Source of the DNA: a virus
Reading direction: 5' to 3' (one strand)
Length of the DNA stretch: 64,000 bases
IMG/VR virus record: IMGVR_UViG_3300042384_000288
Coordinates: 1 to 64,000 of that record
A program made the translations under genes and the position numbers. Below are positions 47,984 through 58,391 of this stretch, piece after piece. Positions within the stretch are counted from its first letter, which is position 1, and each line of letters begins with the position of its first letter. The notes beneath the pieces were generated by a model. It saw only the letters and a list, made by a program, of their open reading frames with translations, was not told where the DNA came from and ran no database searches.

Positions 47984-49531
47984 ATGCCATACATTATAAC
48001 AACAACAGCAGGTGCAACGCTAACAACTGTAGCAGACGACGTCGTTAACACCACAAGTACTAGCCTAAGTTTAATTGGTAAAAACTATGCTGGCTATGGT
48101 ATATTCTTAAATGAAAATTTTGTAAGTCTATTAGAAAACTTTAATAACAGTACTGCACCTGCAGCACCTTTAACTGGACAATTATGGTTTGACAACTCTG
48201 GCGGCATATTAAAGTTTTACACAGGGGTTGTATGGAAACCGATCAGCACCAGTGCAGCCAGTGCAACTGAACCAAATAACCCTATAGTGGGTGATTTATG
48301 GTGGAATACTCTAACATCACAGCTTAATGTTCGTGGTCCTAGTAATTGGGTGGTGATCGGACCGGCATTTACTTCGATAGCAGGAACATCAGGCGCCATT
48401 ATAGAAACCATTTTAGATACTGTTTTATTAAGTCATGTTGTGGTTAACTTTTACATTAGTAATACCGTAGTTTCTATTCTAAGCAAAGACTCGTCGTTTA
48501 CTCCTCAAGTACCAATACCAGGATTTCCTACAATTAATCCCGGATTAAATTTAATATCAAGTTCGGTGCTGCCATCCAGTCAATTCTGGGGTAATTCTGT
48601 CAGCGCAGGTAGCGTAAGCGGAGTTAGCTTGACTAACTTCCTTAGATCAGATCAGGCTTCTACTAACGGTAGTAATACATTGACCGTGGGCAAACTTCAA
48701 GCAAATGCACATTTGCTTATTGATCCTACTCCAGCTGACGTACAGATTTATAGCAATAGTCCTGGTACATCTAAAGATATTGGAATATATGTCAACAGAG
48801 GCGGTACTCCGACATTAACTCAACGCTCAATTGCCACCACTGGCGGCACACAGTTTTATGCAAACTTAACTACAGTAAATGTAAATCCAACCAGCGACAA
48901 CGTAAGTGTAATTGGCAGTGGGACTACAAGATATGCAAATGTGCATAGCGTATCATTTACTGGAACAAACTTTTTCGGTACTGTGGGCACATTAACTACA
49001 TTAGGTGTAAGTGGTGTAACTACAGTTAACAGTGGTAATAATGTTACTGCTATTGTCAACGGTGGTACCAGCGGGATTGGTAATATCGGAACAGCGGCTA
49101 AGCCGTTTAACACAATTTTTGCTAGATCAACTTCGGCACAATACGCTGACTTGGCAGAACGTTTTGAAACTGACAGTCCTTTAATGCCAGGAACTGTGGT
49201 TGAACTTGGCGGTGCTAAAGAAATTACGCAAGCAGTTCAAGAACTAAGTGAAGAAGTGTTTGGTGTTATAAGTACATTACCAGGCTTCTTATTAAACGGT
49301 AATGCAGGAACAGATATAACTCATCCTCCGATTGCAGTTAATGGTCGAGTACCAGTGAGAGTAATAGGTACTTGTAGGAAAGGTGATCGATTAGTCAGCG
49401 CCGGCCGTGGTGTAGCACGTGCAGCTCAGAGAAGTGAACTTACTGCATTTAATGTAATTGGCCGCGCACTACAAGATAAAATTACCAACGAAGAAGGGTT
49501 GGTAGAAGCAATAGTTAAATTAAACAGTTAA
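47984..49531 (+). CDS. Tail fibre protein 3 with C-terminal ADLAE chaperone-like domain
   Basis: Same N-terminal module; YADLAERF...GRVPVRV..KGDRLVS..IGRAL C-terminus. Confidence 0.75.
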   Translation: MPYIITTTAGATLTTVADDVVNTTSTSLSLIGKNYAGYGIFLNENFVSLLENFNNSTAPAAPLTGQLWFDNSGGILKFYTGVVWKPISTSAASATEPNNPIVGDLWWNTLTSQLNVRGPSNWVVIGPAFTSIAGTSGAIIETILDTVLLSHVVVNFYISNTVVSILSKDSSFTPQVPIPGFPTINPGLNLISSSVLPSSQFWGNSVSAGSVSGVSLTNFLRSDQASTNGSNTLTVGKLQANAHLLIDPTPADVQIYSNSPGTSKDIGIYVNRGGTPTLTQRSIATTGGTQFYANLTTVNVNPTSDNVSVIGSGTTRYANVHSVSFTGTNFFGTVGTLTTLGVSGVTTVNSGNNVTAIVNGGTSGIGNIGTAAKPFNTIFARSTSAQYADLAERFETDSPLMPGTVVELGGAKEITQAVQELSEEVFGVISTLPGFLLNGNAGTDITHPPIAVNGRVPVRVIGTCRKGDRLVSAGRGVARAAQRSELTAFNVIGRALQDKITNEEGLVEAIVKLNS

Positions 49532-49540
49532 GGAACTAAG

Positions 49541-50458
49541 ATGGCATACTCACAAGGTGGACTGATTGAAGCAACGGATTATAACAATCTTATCAACGGT
49601 TCCAATCAATTAAACACAGTATGGGGTGTAGGCAACGGAGACGCGGGCTACGGACAAACTGCCATTGGCACAGTGGTAGCTGGAACTACAGTAACAGCTA
49701 CACAGTGGGCAACATTGATTAATACCTTAAACAGTGCTAGAAATCATCAGAGTGGAGTAGGGTCCGGTATTAGTGCTGTTACAGCTGGCCAGACTATTAA
49801 CCACTTAAACACCTTACAAACAGAAATTAACACAGCATTTACTAACCGAGGATTGCGTAATGCAACGGGCAGCACAACCACAGGCACAACTGATACAACC
49901 AATCCAACAGCAGGTGCTACATCAGCATTTAGTTATTTTAGAGACACCAACGTAACATTTAGCAGTGCTAACGCTGCTCGCTACTTCTTCAACGCTGGCG
50001 GGCAGATTAACTTTGTATGCAGTGCTACAGACAATGCTGGCACTAGTCGCAGTCAAACACTCAGGGATATGATAAATCAAGTTGGCGGCTTAAGTGCATT
50101 CCGTAATACTACCAATACTGGTCGCACTGGTACTGGTGGTACTATAGTTACTAATAACACCAGCTTTGGTTACAGAAATTTAACAGCCAGTGCCCAAAAT
50201 GTAGTTGACAATGATATTAGTGGCACATACTCAGCACACGATGTTAAATTACAATTATTCTCAAACGGTATAGATACAACCGACGGCTCAAACGGCGCAT
50301 CAGTTGTGTTTAGGCTGTTAGCAACCGCAGCCGCAGATGATAGTTTTGGTGGTGGTATTAATATCTCTCTGTCAGTCAGAGCAGACATAGTGTTTCCATC
50401 AACTGCACACCTGACTAATGTGTGGGGCACACCTACAATCTCATTCGACGGTGCATAA
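49541..50458 (+). CDS. Virion structural protein
   Basis: GYGQ, ATQW and ARYFFNAGG motifs; last gene of the late tail operon. Confidence 0.7.
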   Translation: MAYSQGGLIEATDYNNLINGSNQLNTVWGVGNGDAGYGQTAIGTVVAGTTVTATQWATLINTLNSARNHQSGVGSGISAVTAGQTINHLNTLQTEINTAFTNRGLRNATGSTTTGTTDTTNPTAGATSAFSYFRDTNVTFSSANAARYFFNAGGQINFVCSATDNAGTSRSQTLRDMINQVGGLSAFRNTTNTGRTGTGGTIVTNNTSFGYRNLTASAQNVVDNDISGTYSAHDVKLQLFSNGIDTTDGSNGASVVFRLLATAAADDSFGGGINISLSVRADIVFPSTAHLTNVWGTPTISFDGA

Positions 50459-50464
50459 AATCTA

Positions 50465-50494
50465 TTGACATACTATAGTAATATGTGTTATAAT
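50465..50494 (+). promoter_or_regulatory. Consensus sigma70 promoter
   Basis: TTGACA-18 bp-TATAAT with an extended TGn. Confidence 0.75.
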
Positions 50495-50495
50495 A

Positions 50496-50526
50496 AAGGT
50501 AAGTTTTTTCCGCTTACCTTTTTTTA
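50496..50526 (+). terminator. Intrinsic terminator ending the tail operon
   Basis: AAAGGTAAG / CTTACCTTT stem followed by a T run. Confidence 0.65.
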
Positions 50527-50541
50527 CGGCTATATACTTAT

Positions 50542-50856
50542 ATGACAGAATTAGATCAACTAACCAAACAAATACGTCAAGCAACTGACTACCAAACTAA
50601 CAAGCAGATCCTGCGTGAAAAAATTCAAGCAGATTTACATTTTGCCTATAACGGAGGATTGTTCAAAACTTCGCCAGAACTAATTGGATTTATCAATGCC
50701 TGGGATAGTGAAACATTGTATTTAGAAGATACCTACGAAAATCCAATTGAAATCAATCGAGACGAATTTTTATCTTTGTGCCGGCAACAATACCAACAGG
50801 TAATGAACACTTGGCATATAGAACATGAAGAACTTAAACGTGCCCGCAAAGTCTAG
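50542..50856 (+). CDS. Hypothetical protein
   Basis: First gene of an overlapping-gene operon; no motif recognised with confidence. Confidence 0.7.
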   Translation: MTELDQLTKQIRQATDYQTNKQILREKIQADLHFAYNGGLFKTSPELIGFINAWDSETLYLEDTYENPIEINRDEFLSLCRQQYQQVMNTWHIEHEELKRARKV

Positions 50857-51634
50857 AGGTGTTATATTATTTGCCTTTAATACTGCGGCAGTTGACTATG
50901 TGGCAATTGCAGATCAATCAGCGCGGCTTATACATCACACGCTAAATTTGCCTGTGACGCTGATAACTGACAAAGAAACAACTACTGAACACATTGATCA
51001 AACATTTGTAGTTGAAAACAATATAAACAATGTTCGCAAAGGTTATGCTAATTTAACAGCTTGGCGCAATGGCAATAGATACCAAGCATACGAACTAAGT
51101 CCTTATGATGAAACCTTACTCATTGACAGCGACTACCTAATGTTAGATCAGTCATTGTTAAAGTTGCTTGACTTAACTCAAGATTACCAAATTATGGGCA
51201 GTAATAAATTTCTCAAAGCAGTGTCGCCTACTCTGATGTCCGCTACCAGCATACCACAGGTATGGGCCACTGCGGTACTATTCAAAAAGACCTTAAAGTC
51301 TCAACTGTTATTTGCCCTAGTAGGAAGAATACAGCGCAATTATGATTACTATAGACGACTATACAACATAACTGCTACTAACTTTCGCAATGATTTTGCC
51401 TTTGCCATAGCCAACAACATTATCAACGGCTACGCACAAGACAACTTAATACCTTGGGCTATGCTGACCGCAGAAAATCCCGTAGTCAATATAGAAACAA
51501 CAACAAATGGATTAATAGTTAGAGAAGAGTCGCAGGCATATCTAATACCTCGTCAGAATCTACACATCATTGATAAAGATTATCTAACATCACCTAAGTT
51601 TGAACTATTTGTAGACAGTCTATGCCAAGAATAA
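50825..51634 (+). CDS. GT-A fold glycosyltransferase-like protein
   Basis: GVILFAFN, SPYDETLLIDSDY (DxD), WATAVLF and FRNDFA motifs. Confidence 0.65.
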   Translation: MKNLNVPAKSRGVILFAFNTAAVDYVAIADQSARLIHHTLNLPVTLITDKETTTEHIDQTFVVENNINNVRKGYANLTAWRNGNRYQAYELSPYDETLLIDSDYLMLDQSLLKLLDLTQDYQIMGSNKFLKAVSPTLMSATSIPQVWATAVLFKKTLKSQLLFALVGRIQRNYDYYRRLYNITATNFRNDFAFAIANNIINGYAQDNLIPWAMLTAENPVVNIETTTNGLIVREESQAYLIPRQNLHIIDKDYLTSPKFELFVDSLCQE

Positions 51635-52482
51635 CATCACACCAAGAACAGCAGGGATTTTTAACTATTGCTCAGAACACAGTAGATACTGACTATCTAA
51701 AGTTAGCCTATGTTCAAGCCATGAGCATTAAACTTGTAATGCCGCAGAGCAAATATGCAGTATTAGTTGATCACAATACTTTAGCGAGCGTAACTGAACA
51801 ACATAGACGAGTATTTGACTATGTTATCACTATTGACAATGACATGGCTGCCGACGAAACTTGGAAACTCAGTAATGAGTGGCAGGTGTTTGAACTAACT
51901 CCATTCAAAGAAACTATTAAATTAGAAAGTGATATTGTGTTTACTCGTAGTATCGAGCATTGGTGGACAGCGTTCAGACTGCGTGACATAGTGTTAAGCA
52001 CCGGCTGTAGAGATTATCGAGGTCAGTTGAGCACAGCAAGAGACTATCGTCGAGTATTTGATGATAACCAACTGCCTGATGTATACAATGGTCTAATGTA
52101 TTTTAGATACACAAGAACAGCTACGCAGTTTTTTAACATAGCTCAACAGATATATGCTAATTGGGATTATGTCAGTCAACAACTTTTAAAGAATTGTAGA
52201 GACCCGAGCCCAACCACTGACGTGGTCTATGCACTATCAGCAAAGATATTGGGAGTACAGTTATGCACGTTGCCTTCGGCAGACTTTATTAACTTTACTC
52301 ATATGAAGCCTGCTATTAATGCATGGTCTATTCGACCTTGGTGTGAACAGGTAGTATGTGAAACTGACCTACCTATGTTGCGCATAGCCAATCAAAATCA
52401 ATATCACCCAGTACACTATCATGACAAGACATGGGTTACTGATGACATTGTTAAGGAGTATGAGCATGAATTCTTTAGATGA
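51622..52482 (+). CDS. GT-A fold glycosyltransferase-like protein (paralogue of previous)
   Basis: GFLTIAQN, TPFKETIKLESD, YNGLMYF, TDVV and HMKP motifs. Confidence 0.6.
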   Translation: MPRITSHQEQQGFLTIAQNTVDTDYLKLAYVQAMSIKLVMPQSKYAVLVDHNTLASVTEQHRRVFDYVITIDNDMAADETWKLSNEWQVFELTPFKETIKLESDIVFTRSIEHWWTAFRLRDIVLSTGCRDYRGQLSTARDYRRVFDDNQLPDVYNGLMYFRYTRTATQFFNIAQQIYANWDYVSQQLLKNCRDPSPTTDVVYALSAKILGVQLCTLPSADFINFTHMKPAINAWSIRPWCEQVVCETDLPMLRIANQNQYHPVHYHDKTWVTDDIVKEYEHEFFR

Positions 52483-52813
52483 ATTAATTAAGGCATTTAG
52501 TTTAATAGAAGAAATAGTTGAAGAGCCATTTGAATACAGAATACATTATGACGACGCTGGTAATATTACCATGTGCACCATGCAGGATCATCCTGTAGAA
52601 ACTGATTATATTGTAGTGACTAAAGAAGAATATGATAACTACTATCAATACACTGTAGTCGACGCTAAACTTAAAAAGATTGACAGGAATCCAGGATATA
52701 ATGTACAATTAATTAAGAGCAATAGTGGATATCGAGTGGTAAAGAACCACGCCGGCCTTATTGTAGAAGGCAACGAAATCTATGAGAATATAGAATACTA
52801 TGCCGCTAATTGA
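52466..52813 (+). CDS. Hypothetical protein
   Basis: AAGGAG SD 7 nt before ATG 52466; overlaps the upstream stop. Confidence 0.65.
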   Translation: MNSLDELIKAFSLIEEIVEEPFEYRIHYDDAGNITMCTMQDHPVETDYIVVTKEEYDNYYQYTVVDAKLKKIDRNPGYNVQLIKSNSGYRVVKNHAGLIVEGNEIYENIEYYAAN

Positions 52814-53475
52814 CGGCGTTTTTCTTGAGCCAATTTAACTCCGGCCGAAATCCTTGCTTTTGTTTCGTCTGATACTCCGCGAGTTCTATTAGATTCTGCA
52901 ATTTTTGCTTTAGATTCAGCTGTGTGTTGTGGTCCAGAAATTTTACCTTTCTTATGTGATGGCCGACCTTTTAGTGTATTTGATATTTTAGCTTTGTTTT
53001 CTTCTGACATTGGCCCTTTTAATTTTCCTTTTAATCTTGCAGCTATATTAGCCGCATGTTCTGCGGTTTTCTTTTTACCCTTGCTTGCTGATGACATTTT
53101 TGCTTTAGTCTCGGCAGATAAAGGAATACCTATACAGCGGAGTGTTAATAGTATAGCATATTCTTTTTTGATTTGGTTATACAACCTAGAATTTATATAT
53201 CGTTGTTGATATAATCTGCTGCGTTTCATTCCTATTGCGGCATGTATCATTTTTTTGTATGCTGTACCCGATGTCATTTTTGGCAACAACATATGACATA
53301 TAAAATGCTCACGTCCAGTTAATTTAACTAAATTGGCGCTACTATTGTTGCCGCCTAGGGATTTAGGAATAATATGATGTTTTTCGATATAAACATCTTC
53401 TAATAACTCTCTTGACTTTGCTTTATTAATGATGTTATAATATATGTTAGTGTATTTGTTGTTTATAAATATCAT
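52798..53475 (-). CDS. HNH homing endonuclease with NUMOD3-like repeats, antisense insertion
   Basis: EKHHIIPKSLGGNN...NLVKLTGREHFICH; repeated SAETKAKMS / SEENKAKIS / TAESKAKIA. Confidence 0.9.
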   Translation of the reverse strand: MIFINNKYTNIYYNIINKAKSRELLEDVYIEKHHIIPKSLGGNNSSANLVKLTGREHFICHMLLPKMTSGTAYKKMIHAAIGMKRSRLYQQRYINSRLYNQIKKEYAILLTLRCIGIPLSAETKAKMSSASKGKKKTAEHAANIAARLKGKLKGPMSEENKAKISNTLKGRPSHKKGKISGPQHTAESKAKIAESNRTRGVSDETKARISAGVKLAQEKRRQLAA

Positions 53476-53490
53476 ACAGGACCTTTAAAA

Positions 53491-54393
53491 ATGACTACTA
53501 TTGTAGATGTGGCAGATTTATCAACTATTTATCTAAGTTATGACGAGCCGAGAAAAGAAGAGTTTTGGATTAAGATTCAAAACATGGTTCCGTGGGCTAA
53601 ACGTGTAGATGGGGTTAAGGGCAGTGATGCCGCGCACAAAGCCGCAGCGTCAGCCAGTGATACCGATCGCTTTGTGTTAATCGACGGAGATAACATACCA
53701 GACCCTGCCTTCTTTAATCTTCAGTTGGTATTGGATAACATATCCAGTAATAAAGTTTTTCGGTGGCGAGCCAAGAATCAAATAAACGGACTACAGTACG
53801 GTAACGGTGGACTAAGCTGCTGGACTAAAGAGTTTATAGAAAATATGCAGACACATGAAGCCAGCGATGGCAGTGCGGCTAACGATGTAGAGTTTTGCTT
53901 CTATCCTAATTATTGGGCAATGAGTGATTGCTACAGTACAACATACCCTAACGCTACACCATTTCAAGCATGGCGAGCAGGATTCCGCGAAGGCGTTAAG
54001 ATGTGTTTAGATCGTGGAGCAAAGCCCCCAATGGAAGAATTTGAGCGACGTGTACATAGTCGTAACTATGATAACTTATGTATTTGGCAAACCGTCGGAG
54101 CAGATGTTGAGAATGGATTTTGGGCTATACTCGGAGCACGTCAAGGTACGTATCTAACAATGTTAGAAGATCAATGGGACTACAAACAAGTACAAAATTT
54201 TGATGCGCTTGAAAAACTATGGAATGAATACGAAAGTATCAATGAACCCATAGATCACTGTAACCACTTAGGTGATGTATTACGTACTCGTTTAGGGTTG
54301 CCTATTGTAGACATGAATCCAGATGAAAGCAAGTTCTTTAAACATCATTATAAAAGTAACTTTAAGAATCAAGGCATAATGGTGCGTGAATAA
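53491..54393 (+). CDS. Glycosyltransferase-like protein (GT-A)
   Basis: LSYDEP, RVDGVKGSDAAH, IDGDN (DxD), YGNGG and AWRAGFREGVK motifs; TATAAATA box at 53464. Confidence 0.65.
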   Translation: MTTIVDVADLSTIYLSYDEPRKEEFWIKIQNMVPWAKRVDGVKGSDAAHKAAASASDTDRFVLIDGDNIPDPAFFNLQLVLDNISSNKVFRWRAKNQINGLQYGNGGLSCWTKEFIENMQTHEASDGSAANDVEFCFYPNYWAMSDCYSTTYPNATPFQAWRAGFREGVKMCLDRGAKPPMEEFERRVHSRNYDNLCIWQTVGADVENGFWAILGARQGTYLTMLEDQWDYKQVQNFDALEKLWNEYESINEPIDHCNHLGDVLRTRLGLPIVDMNPDESKFFKHHYKSNFKNQGIMVRE

Positions 54394-55339
54394 ATACACA
54401 TTAGAATTAGAAAATGACCAATTATTAAATATAATTCCACTGGTTAAATTCTTAAAAGATCACGAAGGAAAAGATATATCTTTATCTGTAAATCAAGAAT
54501 CGCATTGCCTTGAACATTGCAGAGTTTACGAGTTGCTTGATCTGTTTAATTTTAAGTCGGTAGTAATATATACGCAAAACTCTATTGAACAGCACAAGAA
54601 ATATATTATAGTATCGCGAGCAAGATTTTATTGGCTTCGCAAAGCAAAACTAGAAGCAGACCTAACAAAAAATTATGTATGGGATCAAACAAAAGTGTTT
54701 GGGTGCTTTTATGGCAGACCGTCTGCTGTTAGATTAGGTATAGCAGGTTATCTAACTAAAAATTATTTAGAAAAGTCATTAATAAAAATTAAATTTGATA
54801 CAACACACGAAGATTTAAGAAAACAATTTGAAATGACTAAAATATTTTCTTGGGATGTTAACAGTTTAAATAACATAGACTTATTATTATCTACTATACA
54901 GTTATCTACAGATTATGCATATAATTTACAGTCGGGTGAATATGATTACACCCATACTCTATCTAACGATTATAGAAGTATTTTTGTTGACATCATAAGT
55001 GAGCCTAACAATATAGGAAATAGCTTTTATCCGTCTGAAAAGTTTGCTCGTGCGGTGCTTTGTAAAAAACCTTTTATCGTTATGGCTCCAAAACATTATT
55101 TAAAATATCTTAAACAAATGGGATTTAAAACATTTAACAATTGGTGGAGTGAATCATACGATGATTTAGAAGTTAAGGATAGATATTTTGCTATACTACA
55201 GTTAATAGATCAAATAGCTTTATTAACAATAAATCAATTGGAAGAACTAAATTCTGAGATGTCGTCTGTCACAGAGCACAACTATCAATTATTGATTAGC
55301 GGTAATTATAGTGAAATTATAAAACCAATTAATGAATAA
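54386..55339 (+). CDS. Putative GT-B/GT10-like glycosyltransferase (TEK-motif family)
   Basis: FVDIISE...SEKFARAVLCKKPFIV...LKQMGFKTF...ESYD...HN C-terminal module. Confidence 0.5.
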   Translation: MNKYTLELENDQLLNIIPLVKFLKDHEGKDISLSVNQESHCLEHCRVYELLDLFNFKSVVIYTQNSIEQHKKYIIVSRARFYWLRKAKLEADLTKNYVWDQTKVFGCFYGRPSAVRLGIAGYLTKNYLEKSLIKIKFDTTHEDLRKQFEMTKIFSWDVNSLNNIDLLLSTIQLSTDYAYNLQSGEYDYTHTLSNDYRSIFVDIISEPNNIGNSFYPSEKFARAVLCKKPFIVMAPKHYLKYLKQMGFKTFNNWWSESYDDLEVKDRYFAILQLIDQIALLTINQLEELNSEMSSVTEHNYQLLISGNYSEIIKPINE

Positions 55340-56180
55340 ACCTATATTACCGTTTGTTGAAACTATGATTACACAGGTATGTAATTTAAGTTGTCACGGC
55401 TGCACTAACTACAGTGACCTACAACATGAAGGTTATGTTTCGTGGACGCAGGGCAAACAGGAATTAGAAGCATGGCTTACTCGAGTCGATATTTTAGATT
55501 TTGGTATATTGGGTGGTGAACCGCTAGTTAATCCAGAAGTGGACAAATGGATTGTCGGCCTACGAGAATTGATGCCCAATGCACAGATACGTTTTACTAC
55601 TAACGGTATCAAGTTGGATAAAAAGTTTCATCTGATTCAATTACTGCACGATATCGGTAACTGCGTGATTAAGATTGGCGTACACGTAACCGATCCTAAA
55701 TTAGAAGCAACTATACAACGCATATATGACAGTTATGATTGGGAACCAGTTACTGAATACGGTATAGACAGACATATTACAGGCGACCGTGTACGCTTTC
55801 ATGTTAAACGACCGGACACGTTCTATAAAACATATCAGAGCACTTATGCTGATATGAAACCACATAATAGTAATCCTGCAGAAGCGTTTGCTATTTGCTG
55901 TCAACAAACCTGTCCACTATTATATCAAGGCAAGCTGCATAAATGTAGTACTGCTGGGCTAATAAAAGAAACATTAGCTAAAGTGGGCAATCCTAACATG
56001 GATCTGTGGGAGCCAGTTATTGATCATGGTATAGGAACCGATTGTAGTGATACGGAATTAGAGAGATTTTTGGATAACTTCGGCAAACCTAATGACATTT
56101 GCCGCCAATGTCCCACCTTAGCGGATACCAATGCTAAAATTATTCATATTGACAATGTATCAACAAAAAAGATTAAATGA
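55332..56180 (+). CDS. Radical SAM protein
   Basis: CNLSCHGC, GGEP and TNG motifs; extra C-terminal cysteines (CxxC). Confidence 0.9.
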   Translation: MNKPILPFVETMITQVCNLSCHGCTNYSDLQHEGYVSWTQGKQELEAWLTRVDILDFGILGGEPLVNPEVDKWIVGLRELMPNAQIRFTTNGIKLDKKFHLIQLLHDIGNCVIKIGVHVTDPKLEATIQRIYDSYDWEPVTEYGIDRHITGDRVRFHVKRPDTFYKTYQSTYADMKPHNSNPAEAFAICCQQTCPLLYQGKLHKCSTAGLIKETLAKVGNPNMDLWEPVIDHGIGTDCSDTELERFLDNFGKPNDICRQCPTLADTNAKIIHIDNVSTKKIK

Positions 56181-57202
56181 ATATAAGCATACAAACATTG
56201 GATAGAAAGATTTGGCGCAAAGATTTACTAGTAGATGCGTTACGTCAATGCTACAGCACAAATCAGCCAATTCTATTAGATTTTAGCCCAGAGGGATCTT
56301 GCGCAGAAGCGTTGGGATTATACAAACTATTGGATGATTTCTGTCATCGATCAGGGTATAGCAAGCAACTTATTACAATTAAAACAGCTAATATGCTTGA
56401 GCATCATGCTGAATATAATATTATTAAAGATGTTAGCTGCTGGTATGAAGTAGCTAAAATTAAAAAATGGCTGATAGGCAAGACTTTAGATATCCGCTAT
56501 ACCCCAACTAAACATTTTGCTAATTTTTCTAGTAGAAGTAATTGGTATAGATTATGGATTGCAACTATATTAGACAAATATTATGCTGATAAAACGCTAC
56601 AAACATATCATTATGATCCGCTGAGAGAAAATTTTAATGGTAACGGTTATGTTGGATTAGATGATTTAATAAATTATAAATGTGACATTGTAACTGACGC
56701 TGTGGAATTTATTAAAACTTGTCCGCGCACCTTAGATATAGAATATTTACAAAATTTAGATAATTGTAAAGATAGCATATTTCAACATGAAAATAGTTAT
56801 TATCCAATACAACACCCATCAAATTTAAATTTGTTGCAATATTATAATGATATATTTGTTGATGTTGTATGTGAACCAAATGTTAGTGGTAATTGTTTTC
56901 TAGTAACGGAAAAACTATGGAGATGCATTGTCGCACGTCGTCCATTTATAGTAATGTCAAATCCTAATTACCTTGCTAATCTACATAAATTAGGATTTAA
57001 AACATTCAACGACTACTGGTCCGAGGAATATGATTATTATAGGCAAACAAACCGCATACATAAAATTGAATCATTATTAGCTAGTATTGTAACAATGGAT
57101 ACCGGTGAATCATTGACTAAAATGAAAGATCTATTAGATCATAATTATAATGTATTCATGATGTTGAATCAGTTTAAACTTCGAGGGGCATTTATTCGAT
57201 GA
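56177..57202 (+). CDS. Putative GT-B/GT10-like glycosyltransferase (TEK-motif family)
   Basis: FVDVVCE...TEKLWR...RPFIV...GFKTF...EEYD...HN module. Confidence 0.5.
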   Translation: MNISIQTLDRKIWRKDLLVDALRQCYSTNQPILLDFSPEGSCAEALGLYKLLDDFCHRSGYSKQLITIKTANMLEHHAEYNIIKDVSCWYEVAKIKKWLIGKTLDIRYTPTKHFANFSSRSNWYRLWIATILDKYYADKTLQTYHYDPLRENFNGNGYVGLDDLINYKCDIVTDAVEFIKTCPRTLDIEYLQNLDNCKDSIFQHENSYYPIQHPSNLNLLQYYNDIFVDVVCEPNVSGNCFLVTEKLWRCIVARRPFIVMSNPNYLANLHKLGFKTFNDYWSEEYDYYRQTNRIHKIESLLASIVTMDTGESLTKMKDLLDHNYNVFMMLNQFKLRGAFIR

Positions 57203-58353
57203 AAATAACTGTGTGGGCACGCGACCCGTGGTGGGATCAATATTACTACGGACTATTTAAAGATATGGCTGAAATTATGCCCGACAATAGCGAGATGCAT
57301 TATATTATATACGATCCTATCTCACGTAATTTTGAAAAAATAAAAAAAACTACCTACACTGAAAAATTAGTAGGATTGATGATTATAGAAGAACTACAGT
57401 ACGAATGTGACTACACTAGTAATCAATTCTCTCCCGCTGCGGCACACATTATCGATTTATGTAATTTAAATCCCAATACACAGTTTATTATATTTACGGA
57501 AATTGAATATTTTAATAAAGAAGTTCCGGAGATCAGTAATCTCCGGATTGTGCCAGTGGGCACCGGCATAATGTTTGAGCATGCGCATCGTGATACAATA
57601 ATCCCAGTAACTGAAAAGAATTTGTTATCTACTCAAACATTTGTGAGTTTAAATAGATCAGTTCGACCTAGTAGAGTTACATTACTAAGTTATCTATTAG
57701 GAACAAGCCTGGCGGACTGCGGATACCTTTCATTTAATTCAATGGATTTAATTAAAGATCATTCTTCTTGGTTGAGTTATTGTCCGTGGGGTATACCGGA
57801 TAAATACCGTCAGGAAATATTAGATGGTTTTGAATTATTAAAAGTTGGCCACGGGATTACCCAATCGATAACTGCTGTTGATAATCTCTATAATATACAG
57901 GCTTGCGATAATGTTACTAATTTTAATGAATTTTTGCGAAGTATTTATAAAAATACATTTGTGGAAATTGTGTCAGAAACAACGTTTACTTTACCGGGTA
58001 TATTAGTTACAGAAAAAACAAAAAATAGTATATACGGATATAACTTTCCTATTTTTGTTGCTGGAAAAGGCATAGTTAATCATTTAAAAAATGATCTTGG
58101 ATTAGATATGTTTGACGATATTATTGATCATAGTTACGATACTATTGAAGATAATGTTACACGCATCACTACAGCTATAGATTCTAATAAACGACTGCTA
58201 ACAGATTCTTCGTATATTAAGAGTTGCTGGCAAAATAATTTTGATAGATTTACTAGTAACGTACACATATTACGTACCCAAATTGAAAAATTTTATCGGC
58301 AACGAGCATGGTCTAAATTAACTGATATATTGAGAGAATGTGGCTATAATTAA
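57199..58353 (+). CDS. Putative GT-B/GT10-like glycosyltransferase (TEK-motif family)
   Basis: LNRSVRPSR, FVEIVSET...TEKT...FPIF...FDDIIDHSYD module. Confidence 0.5.
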   Translation: MKITVWARDPWWDQYYYGLFKDMAEIMPDNSEMHYIIYDPISRNFEKIKKTTYTEKLVGLMIIEELQYECDYTSNQFSPAAAHIIDLCNLNPNTQFIIFTEIEYFNKEVPEISNLRIVPVGTGIMFEHAHRDTIIPVTEKNLLSTQTFVSLNRSVRPSRVTLLSYLLGTSLADCGYLSFNSMDLIKDHSSWLSYCPWGIPDKYRQEILDGFELLKVGHGITQSITAVDNLYNIQACDNVTNFNEFLRSIYKNTFVEIVSETTFTLPGILVTEKTKNSIYGYNFPIFVAGKGIVNHLKNDLGLDMFDDIIDHSYDTIEDNVTRITTAIDSNKRLLTDSSYIKSCWQNNFDRFTSNVHILRTQIEKFYRQRAWSKLTDILRECGYN

Positions 58354-58362
58354 AATATATGT

Positions 58363-58391
58363 TTGACCAATATACCGTTAGAATATATACT
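58363..58391 (+). promoter_or_regulatory. Sigma70-type promoter upstream of the radical SAM array
   Basis: TTGACC-17 bp-TATACT. Confidence 0.55.
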
